A DNA stretch of 64,000 nucleotides from Octopus vulgaris (taxonomy: Eukaryota), in NCBI GenBank assembly GCA_951406725.2, contig OX597816.1:126728001-126792000 (forward strand), written 5' to 3'. Made by a program: the position numbers and the translations under genes. Shown one piece after another: positions 12,751 to 26,137 of this stretch. The notes beneath the pieces were generated by a model. The model saw only the letters and a list, made by a program, of their open reading frames with translations. It ran no database searches and was not told the origin of the DNA. Numbering within the stretch: the stretch's first letter is position 1; the number at the start of each line of letters is the position of its first letter.

Positions 12751-14385
12751 ACACATCAAATATGTTTCTTGCACTTTCTATTTACTAAACTCTCTCATAC
12801 AGGATTGCTCCAGTGTCACTTACCTAAGGGGCCTTGCAGTAGGGCTGAACCCAAAACCATTTAGTTGCAAATGAAGTTCTTAATTACATGCCAGTTCCTA
12901 TTTATACAATTTCATGTGTGTCAGTATACATACAGACACAATACACACACATTTATATAAATTTAATAGTTACTATTATCATAATTATCATTGCCATTGT
13001 GGTTTTTGCTGTCTTTCATTTTGATATGAGTTGGACACTTCTAGTATATGGCATATCATCACACATTTCAATTCTGTCATCGTTTCCATAGAGCTTTGCC
13101 TTTAAATTTAACATCCTTTCTATATCTTCAGCTGTATATTCAAATATGCACACCTTTATTTTCTTACTTTAGTCAGCATTGGCTTTTACTAAGTAATAGT
13201 TTAAGTGAAAAATGATATATTTTGCATGTTAAAGTATAATGGAATTTTGCATATATGCATATGCTGGTGTTTATCATGGTTGTTTATTTATTAAAACACA
13301 TTTAGTTAATATGGCTGACATATTCCACATGCAATATTTTTTCCTACTTTATGAGAGAAATTTGTTTTTCTCACTAATGCATGAAAGCTTTTAATAGAAG
13401 GGTGTAGGGAATTCATAACTCAAAGAAATCAAAAGATTTATAAATTTCAGCATTTCTGTTTGTTATAACATTTACTGTAACTTATAAATTCAATCTATGC
13501 TCACATGAATGTACTGCTACGTGTATTTATGAGTACACATGCCTGTTTAGGTATATCCATAAATGAACAAATACATAATATTTTTGCTTTTAATTTTGTG
13601 GATAATTTTCACCAGACAATAGTTTAATTAATTCTACAATAATAATTACAGAGTGGTTTAAAGTTTTCTTGGAAAAAAACTTTAACAGCTAAGATATAGT
13701 TGTATCATTCATAAGCTAAAAATTAAATAAGGAATAAAATGCAGATAAAATAATTGAAGGTAAACTAGAAAATGAAATTAAAAATCCATATATGCGTAAC
13801 AGTACATTAATAGATTTGTTTTATCTAATGTATTAAAACTGTGATTGACACACCATAATATGAAAAAAAAAAAGGAAATACCTGTTATTACAAGAAACAA
13901 TATGAATCAAGATGTCAAAGTATAATATTGCAATGATAAGCAGACAGAAATTTTAAAAGCCATTAAGTAGAAATGTAAAAGTTTTTTTCTTTTTCTTTTT
14001 AAGATTCCCTTAATGATTCTATCTCTGCCAATCTCTCCTGAGAAAAATTAATCCAAATTCATTTCAAAAAATTTTGCTACTCTTTATATGAATTATAGAA
14101 TTATGGAAACAAAATCAGATATGTATATATCATTAGTAAAATTATCATAAATAACAAAATTATTATTAAAAAATAATGTGATCGTATCAAGCATAAAGTT
14201 ATGTTATTTCATTCTTTTAGATATTTATTTGCTTAGAAGTTGTACAGGTTTTATTTATTTCCTTTTATGGCAACTATCACTTGAAAATCTACCACACTAA
14301 ACATATTCTTGTGAAATCAATTAATTGGCTACAATTGTCTAAATACCAATTCTTCCAATTAATCCAGTGCTGATCTCCATATAAC

Positions 14386-14669
14386 TGTTGTATAGTGAAA
14401 CTGTATACCCCACCTGGTAAAAAGTGGTAGGAGACGACCATTATAAAAAAACCAGTAGCTGGTCATCAAAAGAGGGTCAACAGTTCTAGTCGGTATCTTG
14501 TGGAGCTATCAACGATAGTAAGACATAAGTTAGTATATTACAATTCCTGTACAAAGAGATAGAACAGTATCCAATGACTAGTAACTATTGTGGCTTCTAG
14601 TGTAAAACAGCAACTACGGTAGAACAGCAATCACACATCATACTAGTGGGAGGAAGCCACTTTACAATA
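14386..14669 (+). repeat. 5' LTR
   Basis: starts TG, ends CACTTTACAATA (terminal CA mutated to TA); aligns with the 3' LTR from ACCAGTAGCT onward. Confidence 0.85.
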
Positions 14670-14670
14670 G

Positions 14671-14683
14671 TGCCAACAAGGAT
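14671..14683 (+). promoter_or_regulatory. decayed primer-binding site, tRNA-Ser(GCU) type
   Basis: TGCCAACAAGGAT just after the LTR vs TGGCGACGAGGAT; two of three differences are CpG-to-CpA changes. Confidence 0.6.
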
Positions 14684-14807
14684 AAACATTCACACAGAGT
14701 GAAAACAAATTCACACAGAAAGATTAAACTAATTCATGTAGAAAATTAAATAACTTGACAAAAAAGAAAAACAGAAATCTTGTGTAAACTTAGGAAAATC
14801 ATAAAAT

Positions 14808-16090
14808 ATGGAAGATTTGTTAGCTGGGGTAGTTGAGTTGCAAAAACAGTAACAACAACTCCAGGAACAAGAACAACAACAAGGATTACAGCAGCAAATG
14901 TTACAACTAATGAAGTTGATAACCAAACTGGAGAATACATTTTCGCCTGACCATATAGCAAATTCCATAAGCGAATTCAAATATGACCCCAAAGAAGTTA
15001 TCTTCAAAGCTTACTTTTGAAGATTTGAACAAACTGTTGAAAAAGAATGCCAGGATTGGACAGATGAAATGAAAACTTATTTAGTTTCAAGAAAACTAGG
15101 AACAGCAGAGCATGAGAAGTATAGTAACTTCATATTGCCAAAAAAAAAAAAAAAGCATCCAATATAAATTCCACTGACACAGTTGGCATTTTGTGCAAAA
15201 TGTTTAGTGAAAAGAGCTCACTGTTTAATACTAGATGGAAATGTTGAAACATAGAAAAAAGTGAAGATGAAGACTTCATTACTTACACAGGCAGTGTCAA
15301 CAAGGAATGTAAGAGATTTAGGCTGGATATGCTTACTCCAGATTCTTTCAAGTGTTTGAGTTTTGCACAAGGATTGACAGATAAAATGAATACAGAAATC
15401 CAAACGAAAATTCTTGCAAAACTGAAAATGAAGCAGGATTTGACATTGAAGAAATTGTCAGAAGAGTGTGGCTGAATATTAAAATTAAGGCATGACATGG
15501 AAGAAATTCAATGGAAAGAGTGTTTTTGCATAAGACCAGTGCAAAGAAGTCGGAGGATAAATAAAGTGTTGCAGGAAAAACAGAAGAAAATATTGGAATG
15601 TAGACCCATGTGTGGCATGTGGTGGGATGCACCTGGACAAAGATTGTCTGTATAAAAAAGCCAAGTGTTTTTGCTGCAAGTTTGTAGGACACATAAATCA
15701 CACTGCAAAACTAGAATGATGGGAAAATGGAGCAAACAAGAAAAAATAAATAGTTTGTCAGCAGGAAAAGTTATGACTACAGCATACAGAAAATTTGTGA
15801 ATGTGAGAATTGAAACCACTAGTTTCAGAATGCAATTAGACACAGGAAATGACATCAGAATTATAAATGAGAAAACAAAGGAACAAATGGGTAAACCAAA
15901 ATTATGTAGTCTAAGCAAAATAGCATATGGTGTTAATGGGAAGAAAATTATATTTCAGGGGCGAACACGTAATATGATGTCGAGCCAAAAATGTGAATGC
16001 TTATGTGTTGAAAAAAAAATCCATGAATTTATTTGGCACTGAATGTATGGAGAATTTGAATTTATGGGATACACCCATACGCGTTTTGTA
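14808..16090 (+). pseudogene. gag and aspartic protease remnants
   Basis: MEDLLAGVVELQ...ISEFKYDPKEVIFKAYF*RFE...RKLGTAEHEKY; double zinc knuckle CVACGGMHLDKDC / CFCCKFVGH; protease motif MQLDTGNDIRII; stops and frameshifts present. Confidence 0.85.
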
Positions 16091-16629
16091 CAGTAATGTA
16101 AATGGGCAGTCAAACGATTGAACTAGGTCAATGAACTGAGGCAAAAAGAGAAAGAAACTTTTCCAAAAGTTTTTTGGAAGGTTTAGGTTGTTGCACAAAA
16201 ATAAGAAAATTCAACACATATTTTCAGGCTCAAACTGAACATGCTGGTTGCAGTGATAGACCAGGTCAATAAAAAACTAGAAAGGTTGTAAAACCTGAAT
16301 ATAATTGAAAAGATTGACCATGCAGACTGGGCAACACTGGCAGTCTACATAAAAAAAAATAATAAGTTAAGAGTGTGCGCAGACTTCTCAACCAAATTAA
16401 ATGACTGTGAACCACTGGAGGACACCATAATAGCAGCTCTAAGAGTGAAAGTAGATACAAAAAAAGTGATGTGGAACATCGTATGTGAACTACCAGTAAC
16501 TTTGGAAGAAATAAAAAGAAATGTGAGAAATGACAAATTTATTAATGAGACAAAAAGAAAACTGTGGTTAACAAAAGGAAAAAAAGGCCTGATGCAAAGA
16601 ACCGTCAAGATGTGAGCGTGTACTTTATA

Positions 16630-17345
16630 TGTGATGGTGTATTAATGTACGCTCAGAGGGTGGTCACACCACAGACATTACAGACGAGAATGCTAATAGA
16701 GTTCCATTTGGGATACCCAGACATCTCTAGAATGAAAGCGCTGATGCAAAGTTTTGTATACTGGCCAAGCATAGACAAAGAAGTTGAAAACCTGGTAAAA
16801 GGTTGCAGAAGATGTGCACTGACTGTGAAACTACCTACTACAAAATGTGAACCTTGGCTGGAGGAGGAAATACCATGGTACCGACTGAATATCGATTTTC
16901 CAGGCCTGGTAAATGGATATTATTACTTAATAGTAGTGGACAGCTACACAAAATGGTTTGAGGTTACACGGTGTAAGCAGCCACCCTCATACACGGTAAA
17001 AAAACTTCTTATACAAGCTGATTGCAAGATTTAGTGTACCAGATATAATTGTCTCTGCTAACAAAACACAGTTTGTATCCTGTGAGTTAAAGAGATTCTG
17101 TGGGATGTTCACATTAAAACATAAAACTATAGCATCATTTCACTGTAGATTGAATGGAAGGGCAGAACAGTTCGTGGACACTTTTAAGAGAGCTAATAAG
17201 AAAGTCATGGATGAGGTCACAATCCAACAATTCTTAAGGGTTACAGGGTAACTCTGAACCCAAATGTGCCAGAAGGAAGTTCACCAGCAGAATTAATGTT
17301 TGCCAGAAAGGCGAAGTCAATATTTGATAAACTATTACCAGTGAA
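16630..17345 (+). pseudogene. Gypsy integrase remnant
   Basis: zinc-binding region FHLGYPDISRMKALMQSFVYWPSIDKEVENLVKGCRRC and core RLNIDFPG...LIVVDSYTKW, NGRAEQFVDTFKRA. Confidence 0.9.
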
Positions 17346-17704
17346 GTAAAAATAGGTGCTAGTAAAGACATGCCAAAATTCTTTAGAATCTGTGATAAGG
17401 TATATGTAAGAATGTTCAAAAATGGCAAGCAATACTGGGAAGAAGGAGAAATTGTAACATACATAGGAAGAATGATTATATGGTGTAAGAAGCAGAAATG
17501 GAATGGAAAGGAAACATAGAAATCAGCTTAAGGAAAGAGTCATAGAAAAGGAACCAACAAGTGTAGAAATACTGATGGATTGGCTATCTGACACTTTTCA
17601 GGTTCCAACATGATTACAATAAGTTGAAACCACATCACAAGGAAAAGGAAGAACACTAAATTCCTAAAAGTAGACTCTTAGAAGGAAATACATTGAGTAT
17701 ATAT

Positions 17705-17718
17705 AAAAAAGGAGGAGG
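17705..17718 (+). promoter_or_regulatory. polypurine tract
   Basis: AAAAAAGGAGGAGG followed directly by TG. Confidence 0.7.
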
Positions 17719-18030
17719 TGGGTTAAATAAAAGAAATTGCTTGTTAAATAAATTAATTAAAAGGGACCAGTAATTAAATAATTAAATCGACCAGTAGCTA
17801 GTCATCAAGAGAGGGTTGAGAGTTGAAGAGTTGAGAGTCGACAGTTTTAGTCGGTGTCTTGTGGAACTATTAGCAATAGTAAGACAGAAATTAGTGTATT
17901 ACTATTCTGCTACAAAGAGATACAACAGTATATGATAACTAGTAACTATTGTGGCTACTAGTGTAAAACAGCGACTCCAGTCCAATGGCAGTCACACATC
18001 ACACCAGTGAGAGGAACCCACTTTACAACA
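17719..18030 (+). repeat. 3' LTR
   Basis: follows the PPT, ends CACTTTACAACA; 5' boundary uncertain because its first ~70 bp do not match the 5' LTR. Confidence 0.75.
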
Positions 18031-21000
18031 ATAATCTAAAAATAACCTAGTCAGGTTGAATCCATATATGTTTATAATTAAAAAAAATTTTCTGATTCAA
18101 ACAACTATGTAAAATCTAGAAAGTTTTAAATACTACTCTAATTGTAGCATTTTGAAGGAAGCTTTTCAATGTTATCAAGTTACTCACTAAACTCAAAGAA
18201 AATTTTAATCACTGATAAGGAATTGTAATGAATCTACCAACAAAAAAGTCTGCAACTAATTTCCAGGAGATATAGAACTACTGTCACACCTTGTCAAAAT
18301 AATGTCTGGGACCTGAAAACATTAAACTGCATGAAAATCTAAGCTGCAAAATTCAGAACTATTGAAGAATACTATTAAGGTTGGTAGTAGAAAAAGACCT
18401 AGTATGATTGTTTTAAGAAAACCATAAACCAATTGACTAACCAGCCTTGCTCTTAGTGATTAGAAACAAGTATTTCTACATATCTGTTGTCATTTCTATG
18501 ATTTATTTTTCTTTCTCAATTCTTGAAAATGTTATTGCTTTGTATTGATGAGAGTTTTGTTGGTGAATATTTGGAGACTAAATATGATGTATTCTGTTTT
18601 AAGTACTAAGACGGAAGGAATAAATTTTCAATGAGATTTCTCTCTCTTTTACCAAGAAACCCAACTGATAAGAAAGGAATTAAATAATACTATTTTTACT
18701 TAAATTTAAGAAAAATACCATTTTGTTTTTAAAATTCATATTTTAATCTTCATTAAATAAATATATTTTGCTCAGTTATGACCAAAGTAACTTTGAATTT
18801 CATCGCTCTCAGGTTGTTGTTGTTTAGCACTCTGTCAAACATGATTTGGAAGGCTTTTTCTGGCCATGGTCAAATGATTTTTGTAAATCATTATTTCCAA
18901 TGTGTCCTTCGTTTTTATGGTAGTAGGTTGTAAGTCAACTGAAATTAGGTTGCTATTTCTAGCTATTAGAACAACTGCATAGAGCATCCTAAAACTACAT
19001 ATCTCAATTTAATCTATATATCTCTCTTACATAAAGAATGGAATTAATTTATGTGCTTAATATTTTCTTAGTGAATATACCTATATCAACTGCTTTCAAT
19101 TTTTCTTTTTGTTTGAAATAATAGAGGCTGGAAAATCTATTTTCTCAACAATATTTTTATATTCTCTGAGTAATTTTTCTCTCTATATGTTTGTTATTAT
19201 ACTATCTCTTGTAAATATGATTTTGCTATGTAATATGCACATGGTATAGACCTATGTTGATCTTTCTTGTTTTCATATTATATTTTTGGCTTTGTTTTTT
19301 TTTTGTTTTTTTTTTCTGGTGACAGAGAGAAAATGATGGGTTTTAAGTTTGGAGGAAAAGTCAGCTTTCTATAAATGTCAAGTTTGTTTTGAATCATTAC
19401 AATACATTTCCTAGAGTAATTGTTCAGCAGATAATGATAACACTCAATGATTATTTTTGTAGTCACACAAATTGTATTGTATATAATTGAACATTATATC
19501 ACTTATTGCATCAATATTGTTTCCCCAAATGTATTTTGTTTGTTATATTGAAATTTACCTATTTGCAATAATTTCCTCCTAATATGATGAATACAGGTAC
19601 CATAATGATACAGCAGTTCTCTAAAGTGCTTTTACACTTAGCAACTTTGGGCTAATGGAAATCCTGATAAATTATCTTTTACACTCTGTATAGGGATCAT
19701 AATTATTCCCATACCCTATCACAACCTTGCTAACTTTATGCATTACAATGTGTACTTGAACATATTTCTAGTAGCCTTTATTAATAAGTTTTCTTTCACT
19801 GAAAATATCAGTATTTTTTTACTATTTTACTATATTCAGTTATTGGGATGTGAACATGAAGGAGAATTGTTTACTAGGGAATAGTTGATCACATTGTTTC
19901 TAGTATTTATTCTATAAATTCCACTAGGACAAAAGGCAAAGTCCATTATATCACCAAAAGTTTTGTTTGTGAAGGTTTTAGTGAAATTGCAATTTTGGGC
20001 GTTCTGTAAATCTCTTTCAATTTATAGCATGTAAGTACTGTTCAGTTACACTGTCATTTTCAGCTGATGAAGGCAACCCAAATTTTCCAATTTGGTTAGT
20101 ATTATGTATTATGTAATTATATAGCCTGACATTATCAAGCATTAAGTGTTTCTTGTCAAAAATTGCCTCTAACACCACATCATGGTTGCAAATTATTTTT
20201 TACTTATCATTTCCATATACACAACTTATGTCACAAAATGTCTAGTTCCTTTTCTTCTTAGGGCTTACAAACTTATTCAAACTCAAGAATTTCACTATAT
20301 ATATTTAAATTAAGTTGGTAATTTTAATTCCTTTAGCATTTCTGCTTTTTTACCGTTCGATCCATAAGCTTCATATTCTTTCAAAGTTTTGCTATCACTT
20401 TACGTAAAGTATATGCTTTCATTTTTGTAGATATTTACTGATATTTCTTATTTATATTTATTTTTTCCATTTAAGATATAGATATAGATTCATTCTATAA
20501 TGGAAATTACATAATGCTCTGTGGTTCTCGATTGCTATATTTTCCCAACATTTCCTTATTCTGAATTCCACTCTTATGATTTTGTGAAAAGCTGTTTACA
20601 TTTACCACAATGAAATGGGCATTTCAATGTTGAAATGTTATAAAAAGTTGAAATTGTTATAAAATGTTGAATTTGTTATAAAATATAATTGACTTAAATG
20701 TCACTTTCATTTCAGACTTTACAAATATTCTGTTCTTTCTTTTCCTAAGTATAGCATAGTTATTATTTATCTAATTTTACAATAGTTATTATTTATCTAA
20801 TTTTATGTTTACTTTGTTTTCCCTGATTTGTTTACTAGAAATCTTTAAATGAACACAGTACGCATATAATTTTATGTACATTCTTTGCTTTTCCAAATAT
20901 TTAAAACCAAGAATTAGTGCATAATAAACTCGATCCTTTTGTAGATATTTAAACCATCATAACCCATTAGAATCAAATAAACAGATCTGATGGGAATGTT

Positions 21001-22347
21001 AATCAATATTTTACTTATATTCCTTTCTTAGTGCAATCAGTTTCTCTAGTAGTTATGTTTTTATACTTCCACTAGAGTGTCTTTCTTATAAAAGGATAAA
21101 ATATATTATTCAAAGATAACATGAAATATTGTGTGATGAACTTCCTTTAACAACTTGTGCCTTGTTGTTGTATAATGTTTTTGCTTGAGGATAATATTTA
21201 GTATTTGTTCAAAGTTGATAGAATTTCGATTCATGACCTATATTCTATAATAAAACACCTTAGTCATTCAAAAGATGCAAAAAATGTTATGAGCTGTTAA
21301 TAGCCAATATTTAATGTGAAAAATACATCAATGAATACTTGAGATGTACTAGATCAGACTTAAGTAAGTTTATCAATTGATAAATGAAGAACTATTCTAG
21401 TTCAGAAATGATAGGTACTTAATGGTTCAGTGGCTGGTATTTAGAACAACTTTCTATTGATATTACAGTCAAACATTATTCTATTAAGCAATATCATTTA
21501 TACTCTAAAGACTTCATTTCCTATGGCTGAAAGCATTTAATTTCGTTTTGAATATCAGAGCACAAATATCTATCATTAGCTTGGGAATTTTTGCATTGAA
21601 TTTTCTTTAACTTTTATGACTTATAATAATTCATCATCTTGTAATTCATTTGCTAAATTTTAAATCTAATTTCATTGTAATCAATGTTAATTTGCAATTT
21701 ATAAACAATACTTGGCTGAACACCCAACTATATTGTTAAAACATTTATACATCAAAAGCTTGTTAAATTATTTCCTCATAAATATTAAACAAACTTTTGT
21801 TTAAAGTTGGATAATTTGGTTGTCACTCTTCAAAGTAGTTACATCAATCCTCATTTGTTTTTAAAGCTTAGTCATATGGTCTTTCCACATATTCTGTCAC
21901 TGCCTTCTCATAGGGTGAGATAGTATTTTGTTCTAATATTGCAAGTGAGTACTAAAATGTATAAGTTAGTAAAATGAAATTTACAATTCAAAAGAACAAA
22001 ATATTCCCAATGCAATATTTTTTTTTATTGAACTTGGAATTTTTCAGTGTAGTTTGCTAAATGAAATGTTAAACAAAAGCTAAAACCATGGAGTATTCAA
22101 TTTTTAAAACTATTTTAGTGAGGTAATCAATATATATCTAATCTATTTATTAGTAATTTAGGGCACGTATAAAACCCAACTTTGGAAGTGTATAAATAGC
22201 ATGCAAAACTATTTATACATTGGATTACTTTTTGAAAAGTTTTCGTTTCCAGATTGCTGTTTATTTTGTAAACAAGTTCTTTAAGCATCTTCTTTCTATA
22301 TTCAGCCTCCAAGTTCAATGCAACTTTATAAGTCCATTCAGTGGCAC

Positions 22348-22361
22348 TGTGTGTGTGCGTG

Positions 22362-22403
<42 letters not shown>

Positions 22404-22430
22404 TGAGCATGTGTGCATGTGTGCACATGC
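22348..22430. repeat. (TG)n microsatellite
   Basis: direct reading. Confidence 0.95.
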
Positions 22431-25400
22431 TTTACAGACTATACAAAACATCTGATCTCTGATTTATTGATGTTACATTTTCACAAAGTTGTGTTTGCTT
22501 CTTATTCACATCACAAAATAAAATCAATAGAAATGTGTGAAATAGGATATTAATAAAAAAATAATTTCCTGCTAAATCAATAGCAATTTACTTTAAAGTA
22601 AAACAAGATAAATCTACTAAATTTCCAAGGAATGAAGATCATATAAATACAAAATTGGTGTGCATTCATCAAATCAATATACAAACATTAAACATAAACA
22701 TTAAAACAAGCTAATAGAAATCAATTAAATAAAAAGTATGTAATTTGTACTGAAAATCTATCATAAAGAAAAACAATGTGAATTCTCATCTTAATCAATG
22801 TAGTTGCATCAATTTTACATGTTTGTCTGAAGTAGTCAGGTCACCTTAATTGTCAATCTTTCAATTTTTTCTGCATCTGATTTTTTTTTTTTGACTTTAG
22901 ATTTCTTGAAACTATACTTTTATTCAAGGACTATTTTAGATTTATGAAAATTTTCTTTTATTCATCATTTATATATTCTGGCCTTTATTCATCTCAACAA
23001 GAAACAAAACATTTTCTTTCTAAACTTGTTATATGGAAATTGAAATTGTAGTCCAACTGAAAAGCAAGTACATCATGCTGAATATTGATAAATAAATACA
23101 TAGGTTTTATAATTTCAAAGAGATGAGAAAATGCAAAATCTGTTGTTAAAAGTGTCAGTGAAGGAAAATGGCTTCAGCTAAAGAATGAAACAATTTAACA
23201 ATCTGTGGTAGTCTCCACAGTTCAGTAAAACATCTGTAGGAATTATGGGAGAGATTTAAATTAAAAACTGTTTTCTAGATTTTGATTAAAGAATATACAT
23301 AATTTAATACTTTATTAGAGTTGCATTATTCCAACATATATAAAAGGTTATTATAACAATTGTTTTCACTTAAGTATTTACTCTAAAATGAGATTATTTT
23401 TTATGTACTTTTGTTCTTTATATGTAAATTAGGTAAAATTGAATCTGTTCTATTAGTCTTGTATTTTTCTATTTCAAAGTAATTTCTTTTAAATGGCATT
23501 TTCTTGGAAAACAATTAAAATGTGAAAGAGTTGGGGTGTTATAAAACATAAATGATTTTTATGTTTTAAGTTTAGCTATCTTAAAGATTTATTTGCGAAA
23601 TTTCCTAATAATTAAGAAAACTTTCACCTTGCCATTTTTCTTGGTAATAACAGTTATACATATCAGTAACATATGCTACATCAGTAACTTTACAAAATGA
23701 AGCAAAAATAAGATATTATCTTAATTATATTTCATTTTTGCTTGAAAATATTTTCAAGCCATCACTGATTAAAAAAAGTTTTAGTTTTCCAGTGTTTTTT
23801 TTTAAAATTATTTTATTATCTTAACATTTAGGTATTCAGACTGTTTCTGTACTTGAGAATGACTGCTTACTTTTACAAACTTAAATACATTCATCCCTAT
23901 TGTCATCATCACCAAAAATATTACCAGCATAGCATTTTAGTAATCTGTATCAATCAAGATTTTTTATAACTCTTGTTGATATATGTGACAGAAAAATAGT
24001 TGAAAATTTATTAAAGCAAATAAAGAAATTAAGTAGCGAAATAGAAATATTAGAGGTTTGGGGAAAATGGAATTTATCAAATGTTTAAAGATTGGAGACA
24101 CATCAGAATTCTTTGCATTAGATATGACATTTTAAGTGGTCATAGAAATAAATTGAAAATTCTTTTTATATCATGAAGTATATCAAAGTATATTTAAAAG
24201 AATTAAAGGAAGTATTTAATGTTTATTTCCTAATGCACATATGTTAGGATTTCATATAAGGAAATTAAATACTTTTGAATATATTTCTGTAAATTCATTT
24301 TCAATGTCATTAGCTATAAAAATAAATTAAATATCTGAAAAAAAATTATGTATGTACATTTCCTTAATGAAAAATAAATATTGAAGCTATTTTTTAAATG
24401 TTATTATTGAACGAGTTGCTATCAAATCTAAAACCATTCACTTAACAGATTTTTAATACACTTCATCTCTTATTGATTTAACTTATTTTCTGGTTATCTG
24501 CATTGCAGCTACAAGAATAACTCTCATAATACTCGACAGTTTTAAACTATGGGACAAGGAACACCAGATACTAAATTTAGTAACTTCACTTTGAGATTTC
24601 AAATTAAGATAATTTAATTTGTAGCATGACCTTTCCTTGATATTTTCCAAACTAAATTCATTTTTAATAAACTTTTAGAAACTATACCCTTTCCTTGATT
24701 AACTTCTTAAATGCATGGATATACCTTTACCATATAGTTTTAAAGTTTGGATCTGATAACTACTAACATCCTGGAGGACATTTTGCAAACTTCTTTTCTA
24801 CTTAAGAATATGTCCTAACTATTTACAAAAATACCCTTTTTATTATATAAAACAATCAAGTCGCACAATTTTAAGTAGGATAACAAATCTGTTCATATTT
24901 TCACATCTCTTTTCATTTGATAAAAAAACAGCTATTGTATATTTTATTTGATTAATATCAAAAAAATTATTGACTATATATAGAAGCCAAGACAGATATT
25001 TGAGAAGATAAGAAAATCTAAGTTGCTTTGATTAAAAACTTGAAGTGAAACCAATGTGGGATATAATCCCCCAACTGGTATGATTATTAAGCGTTTCTTT
25101 TATTCATTATTTGGATTTTCTCACCACAACTATGATTTAAAATTTAGGAATTATTTATAATAATAGTAGCACTTACTGTCACTGAGATTTTTGTTTCATA
25201 TTTATTTATTTTTTTTTTTTTTTTTCATACTTAGCAAATCGAAAAAATCCTAATGGATGTGAATATTTTACTTTGAAATAGATTACCTTTCTTTTAATTC
25301 TGTAAAGACATTTTTAAGCATAAACATATCAGTCTAAAATATTTTATGTATGCTATCAATCTCCTTTGGATATATTGTATATAACTAACATTGGTCTCAG

Positions 25401-25956
25401 GTTTCATGCTTATCTAGTTATTATACTTTCAAGTAATCATTATGTTATTTAACTTGGTATTATGTTTTTATATATCAAAGTATAAAAGCATGAACTTGCC
25501 CATATGTTAGTTTGTAATTATGAAATAATCTGTAATTCCAATTGAAGCAGCAGTTAAAAAATGTTGATACCACACACTGAAATATTTGTTAATTGTTAGC
25601 TATTATTCTGACACCAATGCATTATTTTTAGATGTGTGTTTTGAAAAGTGTTTATCAAATAGAATATTTTAAAGTTTAAGGCTTCAATTGTTGACACAAT
25701 GATCATACCCAAAATAAACTGAAATTCATTATTCTCAGTCACAATAAAATATTTGTTAAAGCTAATGCTTTGGCAATTTTAGTTTTTATCACAAAGAGCA
25801 TATTTGCTAATTAAAATCTTTTAAAGAGAATTATATGATAGTTAACTACTTCAGATTTGTATAACATCCTTCAGTATTTGATCAGCAACTGTGATTCTGT
25901 ATTTTGTTTAACAATAGGAAATAGAAATGATGTTGCTGAAACCAAAGCAGATTCAG

Positions 25957-26093
25957 AGAGCATCCAGCCGTAGAAACATTGCCAGATCAAACTGGGCCTG
26001 GTGCAGCCTTCTGGCTTCCCAGACCCCAGTTGAACCGTCCAACCCATGCTAGCATGGAAAGCGGACGCTAAACGATGATGATGATGACAATGA

Positions 26094-26097
<4 letters not shown>
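25957..26097 (+). mobile_element. RTE 3'-terminal fragment
   Basis: near-identical to 46578-46715; (GAT)n tail followed by (TA)n. Confidence 0.9.

Positions 26098-26137
<40 letters not shown>

Larger units (their letters stand above)
14386..18030 (+). mobile_element. Ty3/Gypsy (Mag-like) LTR retrotransposon, internally deleted and decayed
   Basis: termini TGTTGTATAGTG...CACTTTACAACA form an inverted pair; 5-bp TSD ATAAC/ATAAT; direct repeats 14451-14669 and 17790-18030; gag, protease and integrase remnants inside. Confidence 0.92.

Noticed and set aside
20060-20095. CTGATGA here and at about 8639, 39746, 41161 and 57583
   Set aside because: No downstream stem II plus GAAA..UH arrangement; expected by chance
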